Of a DNA stretch of 64,000 nucleotides, positions 25,285 through 34,049 are shown one piece after another; the first letter of the stretch is position 1, and each line of letters starts with the position of its first letter. The notes under the pieces are model-generated. The model was not told the DNA's origin and searched no databases. It saw only the letters and a program-made list of their open reading frames with translations. The position numbers and the translations under genes were made by a program. Where the stretch lies: positions 1 to 64,000 of IMG/VR virus record IMGVR_UViG_3300028832_000130; one strand, given 5' to 3'. The DNA is from a virus (Duplodnaviria > Caudoviricetes).

Positions 25285-26084
25285 AAGAAGTATTTTTGCC
25301 ACAAACAGATATAGGCAGGTGGATGGATATAGCCGACTTTCCGAATGAAATATGGAAAGATGTTATTGGTTTTGAAGATGCTTTTCAAGTAAGTAATCTT
25401 GGCAGAATCAAGCGTAAGGCTTTTAACTTCAATATTTTCAATGGCGTAAACTCGTTTAGAAAGGCTCACATAGTAAAACCGCAATTAAGGGTTGGTGGTT
25501 ATTATCATGTATCATTATCATATAAAGGTAAAGTATATACGAAACTTGTTCACAGGCTTGTAGCAATAGCATTTATACCTAATCCTTACAACCTGCCACA
25601 AGTTAATCATAAAGATGAAAATCCGTCAAATAATTGTATAGATAATTTGGAGTGGTGCAACCAAAAGTATAATAGTAACTATGGCACAAATGGGCAACGC
25701 ATTTCTTCCAAACTAACAAATGGCATAAGAAGTAAGGTCGTAGAGCAGTATGGTAGAAAAGGAAATTTTATAAAAGAGTTTCCGTCTGTTGCAGAAGTGT
25801 CAAGGCTCTTAGGATTTCTAACAAGCAGTATTGCACGGTGCTGCAACGGTAGCAAAAAGTATTCTATAATTGGTGGGTATCAGTGGAAATATAAAGATAG
25901 TAACAAGCAAATATTAAATTTGCCAACAATAAACAAATATTCACAAGACGGTACTTTAATATGTTCATACAATAGTGTAACTGAAGCATCAGAAGATACA
26001 GGTGTACATCATTCAAGTATTTGTCAATGTTTTACAGGAAAGAAAAAATCAGCAGGAGGATTTATATGGAAGAAAGAATTATAA
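25281..26084 (+). CDS. NUMOD4-HNH homing endonuclease with NUMOD1 repeats
   Basis: EIWKDVIGFEDAFQVSNLGRIK; VHRLVAIAF...VNHKDENPSNNCIDNLEWC; two C-terminal QY/KY...GxxWK repeats. Confidence 0.9.
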   Translation: MKEVFLPQTDIGRWMDIADFPNEIWKDVIGFEDAFQVSNLGRIKRKAFNFNIFNGVNSFRKAHIVKPQLRVGGYYHVSLSYKGKVYTKLVHRLVAIAFIPNPYNLPQVNHKDENPSNNCIDNLEWCNQKYNSNYGTNGQRISSKLTNGIRSKVVEQYGRKGNFIKEFPSVAEVSRLLGFLTSSIARCCNGSKKYSIIGGYQWKYKDSNKQILNLPTINKYSQDGTLICSYNSVTEASEDTGVHHSSICQCFTGKKKSAGGFIWKKEL

Positions 26085-26749
26085 AAGAAATTAACGTTTT
26101 ACTTACTCAGCTATTCTCAAAGATGAAAGAATCGGGATATGAGTGGGATGCAGAAAAGAAAGAGTTGAAGAAGATTGAGCAGAAGCCTGTACCTAAGTTT
26201 AAGGTTGGTGACACTATCCGTTTGAAAAAATCCAATGCCGAATACATTATAGAAAGTATTTCTGACAGTCGTTATTATGGTAAAGGTTTTTCTATTCCTA
26301 TCGTCGGCGGTAACAGAGATTACGAACTTGTAGAGCAGAAGCCTGCTTGGAGTGAAGAGGATAGAGAAATGAGAATGAAAGTTCTCAAATATCTATCTAC
26401 CCGTTGCAGTGTTAATGAATATGAGGAAGCCGAAAACTGGCTCAAATCTCTCAAAGAAAGAGTGCAGCCACTACCAAAGCAAGAGTGGAGTGAAGAGGAT
26501 GAAAGAAAAATGAATTGGATTATAGCCATATTACAAAACAGCACAATGCGTGATGCAAACATGAGAGACGCAAACGAAGGTGCTGAGAACTGGCTCAAAT
26601 CCCTCAGACCTCAGAACACTTGGAAGCCGAGTGACCGAGAACTTGGTGCAATACTTACGGCGATAGGTGATGAAAGACAAAAAAGCAGTGATGTGGCAAA
26701 AGACCTGCTAAATATTTATCAACAATTAAAGAAACTAAGTGAGGAATAG
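26066..26749 (+). CDS. Repeat protein (WSEED...ENWLKSL)
   Basis: In-frame ATG of track ORF 26021..26749; two WSEED/NWLKSL repeats. Confidence 0.75.
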   Translation: MEERIIKEINVLLTQLFSKMKESGYEWDAEKKELKKIEQKPVPKFKVGDTIRLKKSNAEYIIESISDSRYYGKGFSIPIVGGNRDYELVEQKPAWSEEDREMRMKVLKYLSTRCSVNEYEEAENWLKSLKERVQPLPKQEWSEEDERKMNWIIAILQNSTMRDANMRDANEGAENWLKSLRPQNTWKPSDRELGAILTAIGDERQKSSDVAKDLLNIYQQLKKLSEE

Positions 26750-26752
26750 GTT

Positions 26753-27001
26753 ATGAACATTTTTAGAATATCAAGTCAACATCGTATAAACATGAAATAT
26801 TGGACTTTTTGCGGTGACGATTATGGTTATGGTCTTTTAAAGGAAAGAAAGCCAAGGGAAGTAGCGATAAGTATTATTGCTCAAGTCTTTAATGGACAAG
26901 ATATAGATAATTTTCAATTTGCCTACAAACCACATTATTATAGAGGACAAAACAACTTGCAAGACAGAATTGAAGTGTATTGTAGAAAAATAAAGTTATG
27001 A
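26753..27001 (+). CDS. Hypothetical protein
   Basis: ORF track. Confidence 0.6.
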   Translation: MNIFRISSQHRINMKYWTFCGDDYGYGLLKERKPREVAISIIAQVFNGQDIDNFQFAYKPHYYRGQNNLQDRIEVYCRKIKL

Positions 27002-27450
27002 AAGCAAACGAAGCGCCAGAGAAGATTTATCTCTTTGAAAATTCTATAAATAATATACTTAGCTATAGGGGAGTATCATTATCTAAAAGGAGTGACGAGA
27101 ATGATATTGAATATATCCGCACTAATGCCTTTATCGAAAAGGCACTGAAATGGTACTGTCTTGACTGCGAGTGCAACGATAATTGCAACGCTCTACATAA
27201 TTGCTTTTTCAAGAGTGAGTTTAAGCGTTATTTAGAGGGCGCAGAAAATGCGCTCCCACCAAAATTCAAGAATGCATTAAATCCTGATGGCAGCACCTCA
27301 GATAACTACAGATACAGACACTTTATTGGTGTAATGAAAGACAAGTTTATCGAGAAGGCTTGTGCTTGGATAAAGTATAACAATAATAATGGTGGTTGCC
27401 TTTTTGACGGTTGGGAAGATGATTTCAAAAACTATATGAAAGGAGAGTAA
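26998..27450 (+). CDS. Hypothetical protein with a duplicated FIEKA..W motif
   Basis: ORF track. Confidence 0.7.
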   Translation: MKANEAPEKIYLFENSINNILSYRGVSLSKRSDENDIEYIRTNAFIEKALKWYCLDCECNDNCNALHNCFFKSEFKRYLEGAENALPPKFKNALNPDGSTSDNYRYRHFIGVMKDKFIEKACAWIKYNNNNGGCLFDGWEDDFKNYMKGE

Positions 27451-27453
27451 GGT

Positions 27454-27696
27454 ATGAAAGTAGGACGTGATTATGCGTGGTGGGTAAATTACTCGTTTAC
27501 TTACGAATGGCTTGAAGAAGAGAGTGGCGAATGGGTTTCAGACAGAGATTTTGAAGCAGAGCGTTTTTACTGCAACAAAAGGAATATAAAGAAAGAAGCA
27601 GAGAAAAAAGCGGTTCAATCAATGAATGGCTTAAAATATCGCAATCTCGAAGTGACTATCAACGATTGTTATAAAACTACAACAGAAGAAATTTAA
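27454..27696 (+). CDS. Hypothetical protein
   Basis: ORF track. Confidence 0.65.
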   Translation: MKVGRDYAWWVNYSFTYEWLEEESGEWVSDRDFEAERFYCNKRNIKKEAEKKAVQSMNGLKYRNLEVTINDCYKTTTEEI

Positions 27697-27699
27697 GTT

Positions 27700-28032
27700 A
27701 TGGTACAGTTAATAGACAAAGACGCTTTAGTAGCGGAGATAGAGAGGCTGAAAGCGGATGCCTTACAAAAGAAAAGTCAATGCAAAAGAAGCGGTTTAGA
27801 AAGGATGGTGCACAAAATAAGTGCTTACAATAAAATGCTTGCATTCATTTCCACCCTTGAAGTGAAAGAGGTGGACTTAGACTTCCAAAGGTTTGCAAAA
27901 GAAATGGATGCAATTTTCGCATTGCCATCTTCGGAAACAAAGAATACAGAAGAAGAACCGCTAAATTGGGAATATTCTATTGCTAAACATTTTTATTCAC
28001 TTGGATTAGCACAGAAAGGAGAAAAGGTATGA
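27700..28032 (+). CDS. Hypothetical protein
   Basis: ORF track; LIDKDALVAEIER N-terminus. Confidence 0.7.
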   Translation: MVQLIDKDALVAEIERLKADALQKKSQCKRSGLERMVHKISAYNKMLAFISTLEVKEVDLDFQRFAKEMDAIFALPSSETKNTEEEPLNWEYSIAKHFYSLGLAQKGEKV

Positions 28033-28727
28033 CAGACAAAGAACACAGAACTTACTATGTCTATAAGCACACGTTGCCTGATGGAAGATGCTATATTGGT
28101 GCTACTTATCGTGGTATTGATAGGTGGGGCAAAAACGGTAATGGCTATAGATTAGACAAAGTGTTTTATCCATTAATTAAACAATTTGGATGGAATAACA
28201 TAATACATGAAATTCTATATTCAAATCTTACCCAAAAAGAAGCAAGAGAAAAAGAAAAAGCTCTTATAATAGAGGCACAAGAAAAAGGGATAGCTATAAA
28301 TAAACAAAGAGGTGGTTATGATATTCTTAATAAAGAACTTCTTGTACAGATTGCTGGATTACGTAAATTTGGCTTGTCTTTTAGAGAGATTGGAGAACTT
28401 TATCAAATAGAAACATCCACCGCCTCTTTTGCTCTGTATAATAAAACTTATTTAAAGTATTATAGTGAAGAAGAGTTCTTTGATAAAGTAACATCGTTTG
28501 TTGAACAAAACCGAGGTAAGTATCATCGAGAAGATGGGAAGACTTTTAATACCAACGGAGTGCCGTCAAGAATAATTATTCAGAAAAACAAATCAGGTAT
28601 TATTGTTGGAGAGTATGAGTCTATTACTGCGGCTGCACAAGCAAATGGAGTCTTACATACATCTATAGTAAATAATTTAAAAGGTCGTTCTAAATATTGT
28701 GGAGGGTATAAGTATGAGTACAAGTAA
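28029..28727 (+). CDS. GIY-YIG homing endonuclease with NUMOD1-like C-terminus
   Basis: YYVYKHTLPDGRCYIG...RW...HEILYSNLTQKEAREKEKALI. Confidence 0.85.
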   Translation: MTDKEHRTYYVYKHTLPDGRCYIGATYRGIDRWGKNGNGYRLDKVFYPLIKQFGWNNIIHEILYSNLTQKEAREKEKALIIEAQEKGIAINKQRGGYDILNKELLVQIAGLRKFGLSFREIGELYQIETSTASFALYNKTYLKYYSEEEFFDKVTSFVEQNRGKYHREDGKTFNTNGVPSRIIIQKNKSGIIVGEYESITAAAQANGVLHTSIVNNLKGRSKYCGGYKYEYK

Positions 28728-29352
28728 AGTTGAAAAAATCAGAGCCGAGATTAAAAGGAGATACAAGGAATGTAAAGGTGCGACTCCAGCAACGGAGTAT
28801 CAAGAGCTACTAGCCTTCATCGACTCTATGCAAGAAGAGCCTATAAGCGAAAAGAAGTGCATATTCACCAAGGATAGCTATACTGATGAAGATAGGAAGG
28901 TTATTTGCAAGGACTGTAAAGAGAAGTGTGAGTACAGCAAGAAAGAAGAGCCTGTAAGCGAGGATTTGCCACACATACGCCATAGAGATACACTTGATGA
29001 GTTCGCTTATCAGTGTGCCTATGATTTGTCTAATGATTGGGCGAAAGAAACCCCTACATGGAATGATGTAGAAATGGCATGTAAGTTGGGTGCTAACTGG
29101 CAGAAAGAACATCTTTGGAAACCTGCCGATGGTGATGACCTGCCAGAGTATGACAGAGAGGTTATAGCACTACTTGACAATGGTAAGGTGGTGTTTGCGC
29201 ATAGACCAGACCCTAAAGGATGGGATGCAAAGAGTATCATCACCGAGAAAGTTGAACACTATACACCAGAGACCTATGATAAAGGCGGTTGGAATATTCC
29301 AGATGTTAAATATTGGCTCGATGTTGAGCTTCCAAAAGAAATAGAACTATGA
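28714..29352 (+). CDS. Hypothetical protein with a C-terminal WKPA...LPEYDREVI module
   Basis: In-frame ATG of track ORF 28699..29352. Confidence 0.75.
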   Translation: MSTSKVEKIRAEIKRRYKECKGATPATEYQELLAFIDSMQEEPISEKKCIFTKDSYTDEDRKVICKDCKEKCEYSKKEEPVSEDLPHIRHRDTLDEFAYQCAYDLSNDWAKETPTWNDVEMACKLGANWQKEHLWKPADGDDLPEYDREVIALLDNGKVVFAHRPDPKGWDAKSIITEKVEHYTPETYDKGGWNIPDVKYWLDVELPKEIEL

Positions 29353-29633
29353 AAGCAAATGAACTGACTGGAAAGATTCTGTTGTCTAACGGCTTTAATG
29401 TTACTGAGAATGATGTATATGAGTGTTTCTTACAAGCGGTAGAACCTCTTGATACTGGTGATACGGAAGTCTATTACAGACGACTATACATGTACTACAA
29501 CTATCTGGAATGGCGATGGTCTGTGTGGTATCTTGGTGGGGAGGGTAAGCGTCATTTAGGCTACTGTCAGACTGTGGAACAACTGAATAAACTTCTTGAG
29601 AAGAACAATATTGATAAACAAATAGAACTATGA
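29349..29633 (+). CDS. Hypothetical protein
   Basis: ORF track. Confidence 0.65.
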   Translation: MKANELTGKILLSNGFNVTENDVYECFLQAVEPLDTGDTEVYYRRLYMYYNYLEWRWSVWYLGGEGKRHLGYCQTVEQLNKLLEKNNIDKQIEL

Positions 29634-29911
29634 GTAAGGCGGAAGAATTTATAAAAGCAAAAACAAGGATTGGTAGCAATACAACTAAAGGGTGGCGTAG
29701 AAATGGTGTATCTATCCCTTTGTATAGTTTACCTTGGCTCACTCCCGACGAAGCAAGAAAGGCTGTGGAGATTGCGAGGGAAGATGTTATCGAAAAAGTC
29801 TGTGAGTTTCTTGAAAATGACCTTTGTTGCTACATAAAGGCACAGGATTTCGCTATAGAACATCAGAGATTAGAAAACGACTTAAAGCAAGCAATGAAAG
29901 ATGAAACGTAG
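29630..29911 (+). CDS. Hypothetical protein
   Basis: ORF track. Confidence 0.65.
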   Translation: MSKAEEFIKAKTRIGSNTTKGWRRNGVSIPLYSLPWLTPDEARKAVEIAREDVIEKVCEFLENDLCCYIKAQDFAIEHQRLENDLKQAMKDET

Positions 29912-30233
29912 AATCTATAAAAAATGGCTTAAAAATCCTCTCAACAAAAGGTTGATATGGAAGTTTTGCAAGCCGTTCCCAAAGATACCGCCTGTCGCTT
30001 TCGTCGAAAAGCACGACCCTGCATGGGTCTTTGAGCAGCTTTCAAAACATACTGATATGCTGATGCAGCGGGAAATGGATAGGCTATGTATTCCTAAAGA
30101 ACTACTACGACCTATCAATATAGGTGCAAGCGGCAATATAATAGCATTTTATGGAGCACCGCTGATAGAGAATCCAAATAGAGTATATATGATAAACATT
30201 ACTGATGATAAAGAACCAAATAAAGATGAGTAA
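29901..30233 (+). CDS. Hypothetical protein
   Basis: ORF track. Confidence 0.6.
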   Translation: MKRRIYKKWLKNPLNKRLIWKFCKPFPKIPPVAFVEKHDPAWVFEQLSKHTDMLMQREMDRLCIPKELLRPINIGASGNIIAFYGAPLIENPNRVYMINITDDKEPNKDE

Positions 30234-30513
30234 GGCAGAAGATAGAGCATTAGAAAAATATCCCAAAGAAACAAGGGATATTGGCGGAATTGTCATTGAT
30301 ATTGGGCATCCGCAATATATGCGTGACTTATATATCGAAGGCTACCACCAAGCAGAGAAAGACCTTGAACTAACTTGGAATGATATTGCCGACATATTAG
30401 ATGTCACAGATGTTATTGCTAATGACGATTCTATGGAGGAACGCTTAAAAACTATGTCGGAAGAAGAGTTTTACAAGGAAGTGTTGAATAGGTTTAAAAA
30501 GGGGAAGGGTTAA
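30226..30513 (+). CDS. Hypothetical protein
   Basis: In-frame ATG (MSKAE) of track ORF 30205..30513. Confidence 0.65.
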   Translation: MSKAEDRALEKYPKETRDIGGIVIDIGHPQYMRDLYIEGYHQAEKDLELTWNDIADILDVTDVIANDDSMEERLKTMSEEEFYKEVLNRFKKGKG

Positions 30514-30530
30514 CGCTCTTCCCCTTTTTT
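30496..30530. terminator. Bidirectional intrinsic terminator
   Basis: AAAAAGGGGAAGGG-TTAACG-CTCTTCCCCTTTTTT between convergent operons. Confidence 0.8.
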
Positions 30531-30971
30531 GTTATGGCACCTTGGACAAACAACTAATGCTACAGCAGGAAACATACATCTTGATATCTCTCCTTGAAGA
30601 TAAGCTGCTTCCTCGCTTTTTGGAGATACGCCATAGTAACTACTAATATGCTCAACAGCGTGTTTGATCTCGTGCATGATGGTATCAAACATTTCGTCTG
30701 CAGATGTAGTCTCGCTGGCGAATAATAAGGTGAATTGCCCTTCTGGAGAGGTAAACGCATAGCCGTTATTCTTCCTCGAAAGCACCATGCAGGCATGCCG
30801 TGCTTCATCATCAGGACAACCGCTTGCCATCAGCGCATGATACACGTCACCAAGATTCTTCTCCTTGATGTCGAAGTTGGCCATTATCCACCAATCCCTA
30901 TCACCTATCCAAAATCCCGTCTGTATCATAGCATTCTCTCCCACATGATAGGTATTTCCTTCACGTCGCAC
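30510..30971 (-). CDS. HExxH-motif protein (metallopeptidase-like), cassette gene 7
   Basis: TIMHEIKHAVEHI...EEAAYLQG. Confidence 0.65.
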   Translation of the reverse strand: MRREGNTYHVGENAMIQTGFWIGDRDWWIMANFDIKEKNLGDVYHALMASGCPDDEARHACMVLSRKNNGYAFTSPEGQFTLLFASETTSADEMFDTIMHEIKHAVEHISSYYGVSPKSEEAAYLQGEISRCMFPAVALVVCPRCHNKKGEER

Positions 30972-31333
30972 TTTGCCCTAAAGCAAGCAAACACCATTTC
31001 TGGCTCTCCGTCAGGATCGCATAGTGTGTCTTTTACGTACAATGCTACATGAGCCTTGTCTGCCAACGAACTACCCAAGTAATCGGCCTTAGCCATGTTT
31101 GCCAAGTACCAGGCATCGTAGATACACTTTTCGCCTATCTTATTGCGGAAAGGCGCAATCATAGCCTCTACCTCTTCTATGGTGTATGGCGTGATACCTT
31201 TTGGCTTGCCTGTTTCTTCATCCTTGCGCTCCATCATGGATATAGCCCACTCTGCCATCTTCTTTGAGAAATGGCCTTTGTAGTGCTCCATATACTGAGC
31301 CTCTTCCTCTGTAATGATATATCTTACTTCCAT
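30926..31333 (-). CDS. Helical hypothetical protein, cassette gene 6
   Basis: ORF track; HYKGHFSKKMAEWAISMM...YLANMAKADY. Confidence 0.8.
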   Translation of the reverse strand: MEVRYIITEEEAQYMEHYKGHFSKKMAEWAISMMERKDEETGKPKGITPYTIEEVEAMIAPFRNKIGEKCIYDAWYLANMAKADYLGSSLADKAHVALYVKDTLCDPDGEPEMVFACFRAKCDVKEIPIMWERML

Positions 31334-31392
31334 ACTACTGTTCCCTTTAATTTTTTAAAGGGCAGATATGTTACTACCTGCCCTCTCTTTGA

Positions 31393-31653
31393 TTATCGTC
31401 CATAGCGGGAATGAGAAGAACCCATCCGCATACCGAACTCACTACCTTGCGACTGTTCCTGAGCATCTTCAAAGCCGTGCTTGTAACCCTCGCAGTAACC
31501 TTCCTCGTACTCGTCTTTCTTATAGTTACCACGATACTCACCTGCACCGGGACTGCCACCCATTCTGCGGAAACCGTGCTGCATCATCTTCTCGCGCATC
31601 TTGTCACGCATTTCGTCGCTACCGCTTTTGCTGTCTACAATAATATAACTCAT
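31393..31653 (-). CDS. Low-complexity G/E/Y/M/R-rich protein, cassette gene 5
   Basis: YEEGYCEGYKHGFEDA; likely disordered. Confidence 0.75.
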   Translation of the reverse strand: MSYIIVDSKSGSDEMRDKMREKMMQHGFRRMGGSPGAGEYRGNYKKDEYEEGYCEGYKHGFEDAQEQSQGSEFGMRMGSSHSRYGR

Positions 31654-31684
31654 AGCTTTGTTCCTTTCTTTTCTTTAAATGGAT

Positions 31685-32197
31685 TTATGGAGTCTTGGGG
31701 GCAATCTTCTGCACCAATGCGTAGATGTCGGATAGCATCTTCTCCTGCTTGTCGGCACGCTCCTGCAAGTCCAGGATAGTCCTTGCCTGCTGCTTATTCT
31801 CAGCGTATTGAGGATTCAGGGCTTCCATCATCTTCTCACTCTCGCTGATCACCGACTTGTGGTACGGTATCTGCTCCAGAGCCTTTTTCGAGGTCTGCAG
31901 CATGGCATCTACGGCCTGCAGCATAGCCTCTCGGCTTCCGCTGAATGTAACGTTACCTCTTTGCGCTATCTCTACGTTGATTGGAATCTCGCTAAAGGTT
32001 TCATCCTTGCCGTTGATGGTAGCTATCACGTCGATAACTTGCTGTACCTGCATACCTTGCATGATGTTCGGAGTCTGCGTAGGGAACTTGGCCCTCGCCT
32101 GACTCTTCTGTTTCACTACACCGACTTCTAGTATCGGCTTCTCTCCTTGCCGGAGAATATAGAACGGACTGCCGTTCCCAAGACTATTAAAATCCAT
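31685..32197 (-). CDS. Beta domain plus coiled-coil protein, cassette gene 4
   Basis: ORF track. Confidence 0.8.
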   Translation of the reverse strand: MDFNSLGNGSPFYILRQGEKPILEVGVVKQKSQARAKFPTQTPNIMQGMQVQQVIDVIATINGKDETFSEIPINVEIAQRGNVTFSGSREAMLQAVDAMLQTSKKALEQIPYHKSVISESEKMMEALNPQYAENKQQARTILDLQERADKQEKMLSDIYALVQKIAPKTP

Positions 32198-32221
32198 AAT
32201 TGTTTACTTTTAATTGATTAT

Positions 32222-32569
32222 TTACGCTGTTGCTTCCACTGCCTTTGATGTCAACTGCAAAATACCGTTGAATCTATCGTTGAATACCGTGATAACACCT
32301 GTACCGCCAATCAGATTGGCTACTGTTACGGGTGTTCCGTCAAGCAGAGTGAGGTTCCTTGTTGTGCCGTTCAGCGTCAGCGTCACGGGCAGTGTGCCAG
32401 TGGTTCCTGCGGGGATGGCAGTCGCAAGGCGAATCGTCAGATAGCCTACGGGCTGAATCCTGCGGAAACCAAGGGCAAGGTCTACACTCTCTGTTCCAAC
32501 GGTAACATTTGTGACACTCAGGTACGGAATACCGCCTGCGTTGGTCGTAATATTCATGTTGTTTACCAT
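32222..32569 (-). CDS. Beta-rich T/V/G protein, cassette gene 3
   Basis: ORF track. Confidence 0.8.
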   Translation of the reverse strand: MVNNMNITTNAGGIPYLSVTNVTVGTESVDLALGFRRIQPVGYLTIRLATAIPAGTTGTLPVTLTLNGTTRNLTLLDGTPVTVANLIGGTGVITVFNDRFNGILQLTSKAVEATA

Positions 32570-32589
32570 ATCCTTATCCTCCTACAACA

Positions 32590-33489
32590 TTAAAATACGA
32601 TACCATTGCCAAAGCCGTTACCATAGTAGCTGCCTGCATACGGAGTGTTGTTTACTGCCGTAAGATTAGGCCACTGCACGGGTACGGTGTTAGGCTGCTT
32701 GTCAGCAATCTCGGTCACCTTAGCTGCAAGTGGAGCAATTAGTGAGTTCACGTAGCCAGTGATCTGTGCTGTCTGCTGTGCGTTGTCAATCTGTCCGCGA
32801 AGCTGAGTGATGGTGTCGGCCTGTGAGTCAATCTTTGCCTGCATCTCACGCTCCTTCAAGGCACAGAACTGGTCGTTCATGGCTACGGTCTGAGCATTGA
32901 TAGCATTCAGCAAGTTGTTGGCGTTGCGGTCTGCCTGACTGCCAAGCTGGTTGGTCTGGTTCAGAGTAGCAATCTGAGCCTGATAACCCTGCTCTGTTAC
33001 GAGCAACTTGTTTTCGCAGCAACACTGCTGGAATCTAGCTGCAAGGTCACAGTTGCCTGCCTGGATAGAGTTGATAACCTGGAGTGTGCTCATGCCCTGC
33101 TGTGCAGCAAGTGTAGCAAGCGAGCTCTGAACATTCTGAACTGCTGAATTTACAGTAGCATAGTCCTGACCAAGCATGGTTGCAAGGTTCTGGATAGCAC
33201 TGCGGCTTGCCTCGCCGTTAGCGTTGATAGCGTTCATTATCAACTCACGGCCTGAATCGTTGTTCAACTGGTTGCTGATAAAGCCTGCACCTGCGCCATT
33301 ACCGAAACCGCCGCCAAAGCCGCCGTTGTTCCATCCGAAGATGGAAGCGATGATAGCCAGTCCGAACAGGTCAACGATACCGTTCATGCCGTTGCCGAAG
33401 CCGAAGCCTCCGTTACCCATGCCGCCAATGGGGATGGTGAATTGTGGCGTATTGCCCGAATTTTCGGGAATCTGATAAATATCTGCCAT
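32590..33489 (-). CDS. G/N-rich N-terminus, hydrophobic helix and Q/N-rich coiled coil with a CCC motif, cassette gene 2
   Basis: GGFGFGNG repeats, LFGLAIIASIFGW, FQQCCCENK. Confidence 0.85.
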   Translation of the reverse strand: MADIYQIPENSGNTPQFTIPIGGMGNGGFGFGNGMNGIVDLFGLAIIASIFGWNNGGFGGGFGNGAGAGFISNQLNNDSGRELIMNAINANGEASRSAIQNLATMLGQDYATVNSAVQNVQSSLATLAAQQGMSTLQVINSIQAGNCDLAARFQQCCCENKLLVTEQGYQAQIATLNQTNQLGSQADRNANNLLNAINAQTVAMNDQFCALKEREMQAKIDSQADTITQLRGQIDNAQQTAQITGYVNSLIAPLAAKVTEIADKQPNTVPVQWPNLTAVNNTPYAGSYYGNGFGNGIVF

Positions 33490-33630
33490 AGTTTTGTTTC
33501 TTTTTTTGATTTTGTAAAATTGTTAAAAGCTCTCGTTGTGTCGTTGCGCATTGACATCACAAAAATAATCATTGTTCTGCATGTCGCTATGCTATAGCGG
33601 CCACATACAGCATTCACTTTTAGAAGCCAT

Positions 33631-33858
33631 TTAACAATCTTTGCCAAGCCTTCTTATTGCTCTTTCAATAGAGGCTTTGCTTGTGTGATATTCTTCGGCC
33701 AACATCTGTATCACTGCCCTGTATTTGATACCGCTTTTTCGCATATTCAAATACTCGTGATACATCTTCACAAACTTGTAATCATCCCGCTTGACGTCGT
33801 TTTCTGACATCAGTTTTAACAATTCACCACCGATTTTCAGCAATTCTACGACTTTCAT
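33631..33858 (-). CDS. Small C-terminal HTH regulator (Mor-like), cassette gene 1
   Basis: IQMLAEEYHTSKASIERAIRRL. Confidence 0.7.
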   Translation of the reverse strand: MKVVELLKIGGELLKLMSENDVKRDDYKFVKMYHEYLNMRKSGIKYRAVIQMLAEEYHTSKASIERAIRRLGKDC

Positions 33859-33893
33859 ACGTGCAAAAATTTTGTTACATCAAATATTTTTAT

Positions 33894-34038
33894 TAACTTT
33901 GCACCCAGAACCACCGACATAAACATATAAGTCTACTCGTAGCAGTAAGGGTATCATCCCCCGACGTGCCGCGAGTAGGCTTAGTTTGTAGAAAGTTGGT
34001 GGTTCTTCTTTTTATGAAAGTCGGGGGATTTTTTATTT
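33894..34038 (+). ncRNA. Candidate promoter-driven sRNA B
   Basis: TAACTTTG -7 box; AGAACCACCGAC/GTTGGTGGTTCT and AAGTCTACTCGT/GCGAGTAGGCTT stems; ATCCCCCGAC pairs with GTCGGGGGAT, followed by a T-tract. Confidence 0.55.
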
Positions 34039-34049
34039 CCCCCGTCTCT

